This document shows, one piece after another, positions 1-12,700 of a stretch of DNA of 64,000 nt. Both the position numbers and the translations under genes were made by a program. The notes beneath the pieces were generated by a model. It had not been told where the DNA came from, did no database searches, and was given only the letters and a program-made list of their open reading frames with translations. This stretch comes from Paramoeba atlantica (lineage: Eukaryota > Protista > Discosea), in the NCBI GenBank assembly GCA_977017575.1, contig CDRNVI010000065.1, forward strand, positions 370,196-434,195, given 5' to 3'. The stretch's first letter is position 1. Every line of letters begins with the position of its first letter.

Positions 1-2
1 AG

Positions 3-938
3 CCAAGATTCAGCACATTTTGTGCACTCCTGGAAAACCTTTTCCATTTGCATCCGTTTTTCGTTTACTGCTTCCTCAGAACACTTTGCACCGTTGCGTG
101 GCGTGTAGAACCAATCTAGAACCGTAGCAAATACCCCTACGCTAGGCAAAACACCCAGCCAATGCACGAACTGTTCCAGATGCAGAGGTAGCTGAACGTG
201 TTGCACATGTGTGTCTTTATCGCAAAAACTAATTTCGCTCTGTACTACGTATTCTCTATGTTGTACCCAACTTTTGAGAAAGCTCTCCGTATAGAGCCGC
301 CGTCCTACTGTAACTGTGATGCTCTCCGCTAACGACAATTGGGTTGATTGCAAGTCGCAAGGAAGAATTCCCGCATTGCTGGATTTCGACACGCATGCGA
401 AGCGTACAGCTTGTTGTCGAAGATATAATCGGTGCAGGTGATCTTCAAGCATGAGGCGAATTAAATCCTCTGAAGTAATTTCATGTTTTTCAAAAAAACT
501 GTTTCTCCGTCCTTGAGGACGCAACCGATATCGGACGTTTAAAAGTTGTGATGTCTGGAGTGGATCCTGTTCATGAAATGGACTGCCTGAAGTGCTTTCC
601 GTTGGAGGTTGTGAATGCCTATGAAGGTTCTTTAGCCAGTTAAAAACTCGAAAATCTTTCTCCCAATAAGGGTGGATCTCTCTAATTCTTTTCAAACGAT
701 TAACTGATTCTTCGTTCATAAAATTCTCTTGGTATTTCTCCGCCTGTCGATTCTCAAGCATAGCTTTCTCCAGAACACGAATACTCGAATAACAGGGGTC
801 ATTCTCTATCGATATGTAGGACGGATGTCCAAAAATTTCGGGATCTCTAGCATCGTACGGAATCGAAGGTCCAATAAGGGGATCAGTGCCGTCCTTGCTG
901 TTTCGTTCAAGGCCAAGGATAACCGTTATTTCTTCCAT
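3..938 (-). CDS. Hypothetical protein, partial (runs off the window start)
   Basis: Manual translation: this minus frame has no stop from 974 to the window edge (>310 codons). First ATG at 938 (MEEITVILGLERNSK...). Not in the ORF track because its stop is outside the window. No domain recognised. Confidence 0.6.
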   Translation of the reverse strand, partial: MEEITVILGLERNSKDGTDPLIGPSIPYDARDPEIFGHPSYISIENDPCYSSIRVLEKAMLENRQAEKYQENFMNEESVNRLKRIREIHPYWEKDFRVFNWLKNLHRHSQPPTESTSGSPFHEQDPLQTSQLLNVRYRLRPQGRRNSFFEKHEITSEDLIRLMLEDHLHRLYLRQQAVRFACVSKSSNAGILPCDLQSTQLSLAESITVTVGRRLYTESFLKSWVQHREYVVQSEISFCDKDTHVQHVQLPLHLEQFVHWLGVLPSVGVFATVLDWFYTPRNGAKCSEEAVNEKRMQMEKVFQECTKCAESW

Positions 939-1125
939 TTCATTATTTTGAAACTTGTAGCCAAAATAAATAAGCTATCCTGGTATACAACTTGCAAAAC
1001 AACACTTTGCAGTAGAATAACAGCAAAAGGAGAGTGATATACTGAAATCCGGGTAAACCTGGGATCAATTGGACTGAAGAATTGTAAGTCATGTATGAAT
1101 AAATAACTCATTCCATTCGCACATG

Positions 1126-2337
1126 CTACTTCGTTGCGTTTGCATGAACTGCACCCTCCTTCACGAAAAGCGTTTTTTCCTTGACCCCATGCTCCTCCAG
1201 CGGGGCCAACGTTTCCACGATACTATCAAGCTCCGGTAGAGGATAGCGCAGCAGCGCGGCAATCCCAGACATTTGCGCGAGCTGCCTTCCGGTGACATGC
1301 AACGAGGAGAAGAACAACACCTTCCCCCCGAGCTCATGGACGTTATCTACCAATGCAACGTATCGCCTACGCGTGGGATACCCCGCACTCAACAGCGTAT
1401 CACACAGTAGTAGCGTGTCCACAGCATTCCGAGTGATCGCCTCCGCAACATGCCGGGGGCCATAGCACACCGTGTCCGGGTCTTCGTTCATGTTTTTAAA
1501 AAACAGTTCCAACGCTCGTGCCTCCTCACACGCCTTCACGTCGGCTAACTGGGACCGCAGCCCGGGATCGGCCAGAGCCTCAGCCAACGCTCGTCGGTGC
1601 GCACTGTGCAGAAGACAGGACACAAATCGACTCTTGTGTTGCACAGCTTCTGGACTATTATGAAATAAATACTCCAGGAATTGTTCTCGTAAGAATCCCG
1701 GGGATCCGATCACACAAACTTTTACATGCTCCCAGTGAACATGTCGCTCCATGGCGGAAATAATTTTATCGAAAAACTTTTCCATCGCCTTGTCCCGGCT
1801 GGATGGATCGTAACAAGCACGAGATTTTCTCGGTACCCCAGACTCGATAGTTTCTCGTGTAAGTGTCATGCTGGGGGTAATTAACGATATATGTGCGACC
1901 CCGGGTTCCATGGTCACCGCCGCGAGCTCCGCAGAGGCTACACGGTCACAGGAGGCTTTAATGTGTTCCATATGGGCGGGATCCCAGGACCCTTTCCCGA
2001 CACTCAGCTCGTACCCGAGCTGCAACGTAAATGTGTGATGCTGTCCGAGTCGCACGAATTCATTCTCCCCAATGTTAATCCCCGCGACCCGTAGAGTGAG
2101 GCTCACGGCGTCATACTCAATACGCACGAGCCGAAGGATTAGCGTCAACACTTTACGATGGGCTGTGGCAGATTTACCCCCCGAGGCGTCGGTTTGAATC
2201 TTTCGTGTGGTCTTGGTTTTAATCGTGTCCCCGGCGGCTAGAAGGTTGTACAGGTCCCACATGTCCTCGGCGTGCTCGGGAAGTAACGTGAGTCGCCCAC
2301 CCCCCTCGCGGTCCATGGACTTGCGTAATATTTTCAT
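1126..2337 (-). CDS. PELO: Pelota/Dom34 ribosome-rescue factor (eRF1-like)
   Basis: 403 aa with family motifs LLPEHAEDMWDLYNLL, GQHHTF, VIGSPGF, YGPRHV and the C-terminal SSLHVTGRQLAQMSGIAALLRYPLP. Confidence 0.96.
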   Translation of the reverse strand: MKILRKSMDREGGGRLTLLPEHAEDMWDLYNLLAAGDTIKTKTTRKIQTDASGGKSATAHRKVLTLILRLVRIEYDAVSLTLRVAGINIGENEFVRLGQHHTFTLQLGYELSVGKGSWDPAHMEHIKASCDRVASAELAAVTMEPGVAHISLITPSMTLTRETIESGVPRKSRACYDPSSRDKAMEKFFDKIISAMERHVHWEHVKVCVIGSPGFLREQFLEYLFHNSPEAVQHKSRFVSCLLHSAHRRALAEALADPGLRSQLADVKACEEARALELFFKNMNEDPDTVCYGPRHVAEAITRNAVDTLLLCDTLLSAGYPTRRRYVALVDNVHELGGKVLFFSSLHVTGRQLAQMSGIAALLRYPLPELDSIVETLAPLEEHGVKEKTLFVKEGAVHANATK

Positions 2338-2351
2338 GGAGACATTTCGTT

Positions 2352-2377
2352 CTACGCAACGAAAACAAAGTCAGAAA
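2352..2377 (-). promoter_or_regulatory. Putative trans-splice acceptor (pyrimidine tract + AG) of pelota
   Basis: Minus strand reads TTTCTGACTTTGTTTTCGTTGCGTAG, ending 14 nt before the ATG. The role is inferred from kinetoplastid gene organisation. Confidence 0.4.
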
Positions 2378-2622
2378 TGCGGAGGCATGTAAAGTAGCCT
2401 TGGGGCTTCAACATTGCAAAGAAAAGGTCCGAATTAGAGGTTCAAGTTCTTCTCCTCCGGATTTGAAGTATATTTTTGTACGATACCATTTCTATGAAAG
2501 TTAATCTATCATAATGAACTTTAAAGTGTCAGTTTCATAATGATACTGGCTTCACTAGGTTCACTGCTCGGGCTTAATTTTTTAGTAGTATATACCTTTT
2601 TTAACTGACTGCAAACGGGGTA

Positions 2623-3015
2623 CTCTCCCCCCCCCTATCCTAGCGTTGCCTGGTTTTGGTGAAAAGCAACGCTAGGAGGGGGCGGGGGAGTAAAAACCCC
2701 CACCAATGGGGAATTTCGAATAATGTACTTGCTCATCGGGCCACGATTTTCAAGTGAATCTTTAGACATGTCGATGACGGTTCTAAGATGGTAATATAGC
2801 CATGGTAATATAGCCATTAGTGAGACTAATGGCTAATGACAGTAATAACATGGGATTGATAAATTGTTGAAATCGATAAAAAAATGTCTTCATGAATATA
2901 GAACTCGGAAAAAAAGAACAAAAAAAAAATCTGCCGCTTCGCGGCTGGATTAGTCATCCTCAAAAGCAACGCTAGGAGGGGGGGGACCGGGGCAACGCTA
3001 GGATAGGGGGGGGAG
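2623..3015. mobile_element. MITE family A (TA-flanked)
   Basis: TIRs CTCTCCCCCCCCCTATCCTAGCGTTGCC / GGCAACGCTAGGATAGGGGGGGGAG with TA on both sides (2621-22, 3016-17). Internal AGCAACGCTAGGA repeats. A shorter copy lies at 48650-48819. Confidence 0.85.
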
Positions 3016-4312
3016 TAATATTACTTCCCCCCCTACTTATGCGCAACCGTTTGACCCGGCCACTTAAGCGCAATTTTGACGCATCGTTCAGAAGAACAGC
3101 GCCGCAAAGCGGCGCGATCTTTTTTTGTGGTACGAAATTTTGTACCAATTTTCGCCACTATTGAAATGGAGAGTCTGCAGGTAGTCCCTTTGGACGTTCA
3201 AAAATGATCTTCATCGATCTCCATCGATCTCCTCTGATCCACACTGACCTCCACCGATCTGTACGGCGAGTCTTTGCAAACTATACTGTACTGTTCATCA
3301 GAGGAACATCAGAGTACTGTACTATACTGTACTGTTCATCAGAGAATGTATGGTGAAAATGTACTGTGAACAGCGATTTTTTTGAAAATGTTCCTCAGAG
3401 GGTTGAAACCTGTCAGGTTTTGCCGGGTTTTGCCAGGTTTTGCCTGGACACCTATTTTGGGAGGGTTACTTTGGGAGGCGTGCCACGGCTTCAAGAAGGG
3501 GCATTTTGTGAAAACTGAACCAATATTCGCACTTTTCTCATTTCTGGTAAAAAAAAAGTTTATTTGAACTTTTTTCTGCCCCTTTTTTATGATGAATTGT
3601 GTTTGTGTACATTAATTTTATATAAACGGTGTGTTTTTTGAATTCGTTTGTGCTTCTTTATCTTCTCACCTTTTAATGACGCGCACTGGATGCGTTAAGG
3701 TTGTCGTTCAATAATTATCATTAGAAAAATGTCCTCCAGGGGTGAGAATCAATGTCTTAAAAGGATGCGAAAGCACTCTCCAGTGGCGCAGAAAGTGATA
3801 TGTTACAAGAACCATTGAGATAATAGAAGAACCACGAATTATCTGCATGGACTCTGGTCCGAATAGAACGTTCAAGAATCCTCTTCTCCAAACATCGAGA
3901 ATCTTGCTTCAGGAAGTCGCATAAAAATTCTATCTGACACCCGTCACGATTTATCTCTACGCGAAAGTGTTAGCCACCAAAGACAGTGGATTACAACTGA
4001 AGGCGTGCACTATGGAGTGCGCTAACTCCATGGCTAAAAAGCGTCTGAAGCGGGACAGTATTGTTCCAGGTCGGAAGCTGAAAAAGAAGGGTACCGAATA
4101 CAAGCATAAGCAGAGGTATGCACCGGAAGTTTTAAGTGTAGTGGGGGTGATGCATTGTTTCAAGTTTTAGTAAATTTGAAGCAAGGCCGTGCATGAGTTC
4201 ATTTGTAAGAAGTAAGCATGTACAAGTTGAGAAAAGTTTAAAGTACGGGAAAAAAGGGATTTTTTTTGAAAATTTGTAAAATTGCGAATATTGGTTCAGT
4301 TTAACCGGCAGA

Positions 4313-4570
4313 GTGCACCGCGATCGCAGTAAAAATCTTAAGGAGAAGGTGCAAGAAACTTGTAGCCGCACGGATGAGATTCTTGTAGAGTTCAAGAAGG
4401 TGCAAAGAGAGGTCGGAGAATTGCGGGATGAAGTACTTGCTCTACGGAAAAAAGTGATCTATCTTGAAATTCTGAGTATCAACCAGACGACTGAAAGCAT
4501 GGGTGAAGTCCATGGGGAAGGAATGACGGTGAAGAAGCGAAAGTCTTACGATCCTATGGAATTACAATAA
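4313..4570 (+). CDS. Short coiled-coil ORF inside the Harbinger-like element (possible accessory ORF remnant)
   Basis: 85 aa with a heptad-like stretch FKKVQREVGELRDEVLALRKKVIYLE. Harbingers normally carry a second ORF, but no Myb/SANT motif is recognisable here. Confidence 0.25.
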   Translation: MHRDRSKNLKEKVQETCSRTDEILVEFKKVQREVGELRDEVLALRKKVIYLEILSINQTTESMGEVHGEGMTVKKRKSYDPMELQ

Positions 4571-4747
4571 ATTTGAACGCATAGTACAGTAAAGAAAGCG
4601 GGAAATGAAGAACGTAACGTAAGCTCATACTTTTGTCTCAATGTATTTCTACGTTTCCTACTATATTTCTATCATCCTATGTTTGTGTACTCTATTTTTC
4701 TATTTCTTCCTATAATTTATGGCATTTATTAGCTTTATATCTTCACG

Positions 4748-5104
4748 ATGTCACAGATTTGCCTTCTTCCTTGGTCTAACGTTGCACATGGATTTACTGG
4801 ATATTCCCCGGAAGTTATTTCGCAACTTGTGTCTCGGCTTAATTGCACTAATGTTCAAGTTTTTAATGCACTTACGATGCTGCATTTGAATCTAACGCAC
4901 GAGCAAACAGCTGACGTTCTCATACCATATTTGGGTAAACATTATTCCTCTACGCACGTGTGGAAAAAGTTTATTCGGCCTGCGTTGAATGCATCTGACA
5001 TTGCAGGCAACCTTGCTGAAACAGAGCGACGCTTTTTGGTCCGTGAACCACACTTTGTTCTCTGCACATCAATACTTGACGGAGTTCCCATGTACAGTAG
5101 GTAG
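4748..5104 (+). pseudogene. Truncated Harbinger/ISL2EU-type (DDE_Tnp_4-like) transposase, N-terminal part
   Basis: LTMLHLNLTHEQTAD resembles the family HTH (LxxLRLNLxxxDLA). FVLCTSILDGVP resembles the first catalytic Asp motif (CxxxIDG/C). The ORF stops immediately after this motif. Confidence 0.55.
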
Positions 5105-5440
5105 TTTTCTTTGACCCGACTACTTATGCGCAATTTTAGGCCAAAACCTGGTTGCGCTTAACTGGGGGGGGATAGTAGGAAAGGGCAAGAAAATAAAGGA
5201 AGTGCAAAAAACGTCAACAAAGACCGAGAGGTAACTTTTCTTCTTTGAATCCACAGTCATCCATTTCTAAGAAGTACGTCTTCATTTGCAAGGAGGGGGA
5301 GATTCTAATTTCTAGTGGTTTCTAATCGTCTATAGCAAGGGTCTATAAAATCGGTCCTGCAATTTTGATCTAGAGCATCTTGTGTTGTAAGGATGGACCC
5401 GTGGGCGCTAGATGCCCGTATACACCAGCGTGGTCATTAC

Positions 5441-6535
5441 TCAGTCTGAGATCCACAGATCTGCGAAAGTGATCTCCTTTTCAAAAGGGTCGGGCTTGAC
5501 TTCTCTTCTTTCTGATTTTGAGCAGGATTCTGTTGCCTCTGCATTACACATGATACCTTTTTGTAAAACTGTAACTGTATTGACGTCAGCATGCTCCAAA
5601 ATTGCCGCAGTGTCTTCGCAATCACTTGCCATTTCCTCCTGTACACTTTCACTGCATTGCTTTGCTGTATCATTCGCTTTTTCAGAAGCCAAAATCGGAC
5701 AGTACTTATTCAGGATATTCTCAATTTGATCCTGATATGCATTCTCAGACGATGGATTATCCTTTACATCCTGTAGACGAAGGTAAAGCAAATCCATTAG
5801 CCATTTTGGCTCAGATAGCTGCGAAATGTTGTACAAACGGATTTCGGTTAACCGCTTTAAATATGGAACCAAATCATCGCTGCTTCTCCCTAATTCACCC
5901 GCGCAGATCTCTAGTTCAGATTCTGGAAAATCTAGTTCTTCTACATCAGGTACTCGCACGGTGTGGTGTTCGGATTTTGAGGAATCAGCATCGGGCTCCG
6001 GCACGTTTTTTGTGGTCTTTTTGTCAATTTTGTCTTCTTTGTTGATTTTCGTGGAAGAACCAAAAAGAAATGAGATATTTCGAGATAGTAAGTCCCGAAG
6101 TTGGCCTGTGTGGCCCGTCACAGTGCTTCGAAGCATTCTCAGTCGGTAAGATAATGACTGTAACTGTTCAGGATTGATCCACAAATGAGTGTGATGTCCA
6201 TATTTTATTGAAGCACTCACCAGATAGTCGGCTGTAAAACGCATGTACGGTGTCAAGGTGAAAAAGTTGTGTGGAACAGGAAATATGTCTGCTCTGCATA
6301 ATGAAATGTTCGACACGTGAGTTGACAGAGAATTGCATTTATCTTGACCGTTAGCACTCGTTCCGGTAAAGTACCTTTTAGACGTGTTGAACCAGCGAGG
6401 AATCACAGGAGATCTGGATCGTGATGTATGATACAAAAAAGAAAATGATGGCTCATGCATGATGAGAACACATGGCGAATAAATTCTGCCCTGAATCATG
6501 AGAAGGAAAATAAGTAAGTAACAAGAGTTGTGCAC
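5441..6535 (-). CDS. Hypothetical protein
   Basis: 364-aa ORF on the cluster strand. No confident domain. The true start is probably a downstream ATG (the track start is GTG). Confidence 0.65.
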   Translation of the reverse strand: MHNSCYLLIFLLMIQGRIYSPCVLIMHEPSFSFLYHTSRSRSPVIPRWFNTSKRYFTGTSANGQDKCNSLSTHVSNISLCRADIFPVPHNFFTLTPYMRFTADYLVSASIKYGHHTHLWINPEQLQSLSYRLRMLRSTVTGHTGQLRDLLSRNISFLFGSSTKINKEDKIDKKTTKNVPEPDADSSKSEHHTVRVPDVEELDFPESELEICAGELGRSSDDLVPYLKRLTEIRLYNISQLSEPKWLMDLLYLRLQDVKDNPSSENAYQDQIENILNKYCPILASEKANDTAKQCSESVQEEMASDCEDTAAILEHADVNTVTVLQKGIMCNAEATESCSKSERREVKPDPFEKEITFADLWISD

Positions 6536-6714
6536 TAAACAGATGTGTCATTTACTACTAGATCATTTATTTTTCATTCTGAAATATTTAGGTGGTGAGT
6601 GCTTTATCACAAATTCTTATAATAAAAAAACATCACTTATAATACAAAATGCACAGGAAACGCTCACCCTCTCTTGACACCATAAGGTTTTCAAGATACA
6701 GGCGCCGCAGTTGC

Positions 6715-9700
6715 TTATTTTCGGGCTTTCTTTTTACGTTCCTTTGATGAGCTCCTTTTTGTCTTGTAGATTTTTTTCGGGGTCCGATCGTCATCATTCA
6801 CTAGAGCCTCCTCAGAAGGAGTTTTGGTCGTTCCCAAGTTCCTCGTTCCACCTGAAACGCATGACATGCGATTTTCGTGTGGACAAATAAGTAAGTTGGC
6901 TGTCGCAGTGTTCCGCGCCGCAGATAATAGCGAAGAAAATCGATAGAGATGGGTCGATAAACGCTGAAGTAACTTTTGAGACGGAGCTGTCGTCAAGGGA
7001 ATGCTGTCCGCCTTCACTACGAAAGAGGTATCTTCCTGTAGAATTTCATCCCATTCACAATGTTCACATGATCTTTCTGTATTGGTATTTCTAGTCCACC
7101 TAAAACGAGCACTCTCGTCAAATGGAGTGGGATCCAACACTTCTGATTCCCACTCCGTATGTAAAAATAGTCGAGCACTGATGTGAAGAGTTGTATTTCG
7201 ACGGGCAAGCTTCACACGTTTCGAAAACCAGCAACTGGAAAGTCGAGTCACATCGGCCCCATGATCGACAATCTTCCCGATTTCAGCTGTTCCCGAGAAC
7301 CAGTCCTCCTTGGAAAGGTCCCCGGGTGAATCATACCTCTTTTCATCCCCTTTTACCTGCGACGACCACCCAGGCGGCAGTTCTACGCTCTCCCTCAAGG
7401 ACTGCACAAACGTTTTAAATCTTGTCTCCTCGAGCTCCTCCTCCTCTCCTCCCAAATCATCCGAAGAACTCTCCCCGCGCGGCAGTCCCACAGAGGATAC
7501 CCTTCTCTCCAGAATGCTGCTCTCCGACTTCCCCCTCTTTCTTGCGTAATCCCCACAATCTTCCCTCCACCTTTGATAGGCCAACGTGACGTGCCCGCAG
7601 CTGCTTCTCGCGAGGTCCAAATAAAGCCCCGTGCCTACCCCTTGGGGGGAAGACATTTTCATGGCGAAATGAAAATGCGTACTGAACTGGAGAATAGCCT
7701 CTTTGTTTTCCTCACATGTTTTCGGGACGTTGCTGAGGACCATTTGATCATCGAAATAATGAGGAGAAGGCATGGCTGAGGAAGACGTTGTTGTTATTCT
7801 TGTTGTTGTTGCGCTTTCCGGCAGCTCCTCTTGTGAATCATTAAATGAAGAGACGAGCGAACTTCTATACCGGTGAATGGGTGTTCCATGAGAACTTAGG
7901 GAGTCCTCATAATCTGTGATGGTCTCAAGAAGCTGTGGAAAAAGCCGTGCGAGGGTTACAAAGGTGTAGGGGCATTCGTGTTCTATCCAACGTGCGAGCT
8001 CCATAGGCAGGAGCTCGGCAATCTCCTTAAGACGTAGCGGGGTGAGCTGGTCGGATAGACACCATGAAATTTGTGCTACTCGGGTGGGAAGGCTGTGAAA
8101 CGACCTGTAACGTTCGGAACATGCCATCAGAGGGTTGTTATGGAGGGAACGCCGGATATAAACTACCTCGGTGACCTCATTTGTGGTGGGGTGAATAAGC
8201 GGGCAGCAGCGAAGTTCAAAATAACGATAAGGGGCGTAACAGTTTAGAAGGCTCGCAATGTTTCTCTCTTTGATGAGCTCAAGGGCTGCCGGGGGTAATC
8301 GAGTTAAAGTCAACGTCAGAGGAACCCAGTAGGACGGCGCCGCCAGTGCCATGGCATCGGTAAATTTTAGCTCAAGCATTAACAAAGAATTTTTGTTCCT
8401 GAATTCCGAAACAGGGAAACGTTCGCGTGTAATCCCCCAATCTTTGCGACCAATATACCTGTCATTGCAATGGTGCAAAACCATGTGGGATCTCTTCAAG
8501 ATCGGGTGTTCATCAACAATATTGTTTAAATGAATCGATGCAGATTCCTGTTGTTTTCCTGTTTGACACACTTGTATGAGACATTCGAGATCCCTGCACG
8601 AAAACCATCCTACGATAGGGACAAAAGAGTCCAAGATGCTGAACAGTTGGTCATCGCTGTAAGGGTGCAGTCGCACAGACCCCTTCTCTGCATTATAGTC
8701 AAAAACGAAGGAGTGCGCGGCAACGAACTTCTCAGCGGATGAGTCCCACGACGAATCAAAATATTTCTCCATTTCTTTCGGCATATTGAGTTCCATGCCA
8801 TTGATCGAATTCCTTGGCTGTTTTAATAGATTTTTCTTGGTCCTTTTCTCTTGCGTTTTACGTTTCTTTCTAGATTGAATTACCGCGTTTTGCAGCCATA
8901 CTGCTAGTTTCAAGCGAGTTGCATTATCTTCTAGGACTTCTGCGATATACTCCGCACTAAGCCGGTCGGGTCGACATAAAAGTTGCCTGACGATTGTTTT
9001 CTGCACTTCACTGCTTCCACGAAGAGCTGTACTGTTTGAGTGTTCAACGCGGTGATATTCATGTTGTGGTGAGGCACTGTTGTATCCAAAATCCTGTAAG
9101 AATGTCTCCAAAATGAGCTCCCGCTCTTGTAGTGTGCCATTAGATGCGGGTTCCCATTCCGGACATGCAAAGCGAATAACGTTACCTTTCTTTCTATTGT
9201 CTGCAGTGGCAGCGTCGGAAAATGGAAACCGATCGTTGGGTGTTGGAGAAAGTGAGAAGCGTTCGTGTATTTTAACAAAATATGGATTGTTCGAGGGTAC
9301 CGCTACATTGACGAAATAATGATGCGTCCCACACGGCTCATTTTCTGCAGAAAAGGGGTTTGTAGCATCCTCGAAAGCTTCTTCACCTTCCTCGTATAGA
9401 GCACTCGTCCACCGAGAGCTTATCTCACCAGTCATAGTGCGATACCGGATGGAAATCGGTTCTTGTAATACAATAGAACATAAACCTTCGCGCACGTTTC
9501 GAGAAGTCTCGTTCGATTCCCTTACGAGATTCAGTATATCATGAAAAAGAGTTCGCAGTTCTTCCGCGCTCAACATGGCGTGCACTCGGCTTCTATACTG
9601 AGGACCGCTATACCATATCCCCTTCTTAGGCACTTCCTTCAAATTTTGATCAGGATCGGAACCAACAGTTTTTTTTTTGATCGGACTCTCATCCTCACCC

Positions 9701-12700
9701 TCATGATCCGCCTGCGATGTGACATCTGATCCACAGTCTACGCTGTATGCTTCGAACAAAGATGTTGTCATTCGGAAAAAGGTATGGGGCTCGAATGGAC
9801 ATTCATATAGCATCCAATATTTGAGCGTTTCAGGCAAGATTTCGATGATGTCACCCACGCTCATGGCTGGAGATAAGGCAGAAAGAAAATGATTATCAGA
9901 ACTTGAGAGCAGTACCTCGCGTTCATCTTCGGATTTCAGGATTGTAGCAAAGCACATATAAATTGCAAGTTCTACGCTTCGCAAGGATAGGTCATTATAT
10001 CCAGCGTAATGAGCCATGCACGAAGGATACAAAACGTTTGAAATTGGGGCAGATCGACGCACAAAGAAGGATTGCACAGTATCTCCCTTCTCGCTTAAAG
10101 GATGTTTGCTTTCCAAAGCTTTACGGTTACAATCTTGATTGGACTTTCTGTAGGAAAATGATATCCAGGATATAAGACACGCATTTCCAGATCCTGACAT
10201 CCATTGAAGAAGCCGATAGGGTTTGACTGTAAGAAACAGAGTCATTTCTTTCGTTGTGAACTGGGAAATAAGTTCCTCTAGTGGTACGTAGTAGCTCGGT
10301 AGGAGAATATATAACGCGTTCATCAACTCGTAGAGTTCAAGCGTCAAGGTAAATGGTGTTCCTGGAACCGTGTCATGCACGTACCATGTTTTCTTTCTTA
10401 AAAAATAGTTTTCACCCGACTTTTTCGAATGATACGCACCGCGAAGGGTCTTGTCTTTTTCTATCTGTTCCTGTACTTGAGATTCATCGACTCCGTGAAA
10501 CAGAGGAAGTATTGATTTTAGATGAGTCCACCCGATCTCCGGAACGAAGAGGCGCAAGACGTAAGAAAAGTAAGAGGTCGTACATATTTTGGAATTGTGC
10601 ATACGGGTATGCAGTGGTCTTAACCAAACTTGATTTTCGTCATGTGGTATGGTAGAGTTTATTTTTGGTTTCAGAACTAGAATACGATGATGTCTTAAAA
10701 GAAAGTTTTCAAATGAACCGCTCCAGTAATTGTCAATGTAGTGATGTGCGCTCGTAGGGACCATCTTCCATAATTTTTTAGAGTTGATGTACCTCGAGAA
10801 GTCGTTTGAATGCAAATCAATCCCAAAGTCTTCGTCTTCATCGCAAGCTAGTTTAGATACCTTTTTAATAACCAACGAAAGGAGATTGATCCGTTTTGTA
10901 GCAAGTGTTCCGGCTTGTGCAAGCACGGCGCCTGACCACGCTATGCTTTCACGCTTTGCTGTTGGAGTTCCCTCTTCGTTCATCCGAGGTGTCTCTTGAC
11001 TGGCGCGAGGTTCCCCTTGGCTAATTTGAGATTTCTCTTCGCTTATCCAAGGTTTGACTTTGTCTATCCGAGGCTTTGCATCCGTTACGGTACTGGGAGG
11101 GATAACAACTGATCTGTACGTGTGCGGTTCAACTTTATTGAAGAAGTCTTCATTTCCGCTGGATCGTGGCGTCTCAACAACAGTTCTTCGTGTACTATTT
11201 AGACGTGTCAGAGGTTCTGTCCGGTTTTCTTCCCGTGTCACACTTTTGTTTGAATGGGGTATATGGTCCGTTGAATTCGGGTACTTCAGGACGTGACCTG
11301 CAGAATTCTTTTGCACCTTGTGTGAAACGGGGGCATTGTTCTGCCCAAATAGAGAAAAACGATTTACAGCAGGCGGTGAAGCAGTGTACTTTATTGTGGA
11401 ATTGGAGTTTCTTGGGAAACAGCTGCGGCTCTCTAGGCTGTGGCTTTGAAACGAAGCTTGCTTTCTGAAGCGGTCTGTGTCTGATGAGGAACCAACAGGG
11501 TAGCGCCTTCCTCCACGGGGTGGAGTGAAATTACCGAAGGACCTACCGTGCAGTATTTTTAGAGAAATATCTTTCGGCAGAGTTGTCCACAACTCTGGTG
11601 ATAGTCGGTTCCAAATTTCCTTCAATAAGGAGTGCGTCGCAAGTCGGGCTAAGCGATCCGTTCGTGATTTTTTCTCGAAAGAAGTACACGTAGTACTCGC
11701 CGTTTTAGTATCGTAGAGTTTTAGGACCTTTCCACACCTTGCGGCTACGCGAAATAGGTTGCCGAATGCAGACTCTGAAGACTTCTTCGCTTGTTGGCTC
11801 AGGCCATGATCCATCACATCGATACCCGAATTCGTAGACTTCGTTTCCTCTTCCGACACGCACTCAAACAGCGAGGGATACATCTCAGCCAAGGAACACA
11901 TGGTAAAGGGGCAATGATCTCTAAGCCATCGAACAAGATCAACAGGGAGTTCTTGAAGCATTTTCTCCGTGCTTATGGGGCAGCTGTATTCAGATAAAGC
12001 CACTGCAAGATACCAAACATTAGTTTCAACTAGATCGAACTTGTGATAAACGTACGAACACGGAGGAAAGGGGTAAACAGTGGGACTTTTCTTTACCATC
12101 TTTTCATGAACATCATCTGAAGGACAGCGTCGAATAAGGTGCCGCCTGGTAGGTTTCGAATCACCAGGGAATTTATTTGGTATGCGATTTGCGTCTCCTA
12201 TTTTGGGTCTTTCACCAAATTCTAAGTATGAAGAGACGAGCAGAAAGCGATGGGGTGCAAAAACCTGCATCAGTCGCGAAAGTGTCACAATTTCTAATGC
12301 CGATTTAACATGCCTAGGAAGTCGCTTCAGGACTTCGTGCACAGGAACCCAATATTCAGGAACTGCTGCAATTACCTCATTGAGCACAGTAATTGCCTGT
12401 AAAGGGAAAATATCGTCTGCTATCAGTCGCTGCGGCGTAGTCTGCGTCTGAAAATCTCCCCAAATTCGACGGGAGATCACAGAATAATTGCCGGGTTGTA
12501 CAACATCGATACGGTACTTGTCGCTGTGTATCCTGTTCAATTCAATTTCTTCCACGATCTTCTGCACGCGCAAACCTAAGAAAAGAGGTTCCAAAGAGGA
12601 GATTCGAATCCACCCGACCACAGGTATGTATTTCTCCAAAATTGCAGCCTGTACATCGTATTTTCTACGGTTATATCTTGCTGATTCGCACAGAGAGATG

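Larger units (their letters stand above)
3398..5104 (+). mobile_element. Left end and 5' part of a PIF/Harbinger(ISL2EU)-like element
   Basis: Starts GAGGGTTGAAACC. Positions 3398-3515 closely match the reverse complement of 17851-17979, the end of a TAA-flanked MITE. Carries 10-bp GGTTTTGCC subterminal repeats and a truncated transposase ORF. No right TIR found. Confidence 0.6.
3024..5175. mobile_element. TA-flanked TIR element B enclosing a truncated Harbinger-like element
   Basis: Imperfect TIRs CTTCCCCCCCTACTTATGCGCAACC / GGTTGCGCTTAACTGGGGGGGGATAG with TA at 3022-23 and 5176-77. Subterminal TTTGACCCG..ACTTA.GCGCAATTTT occurs near both ends. Confidence 0.65.
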
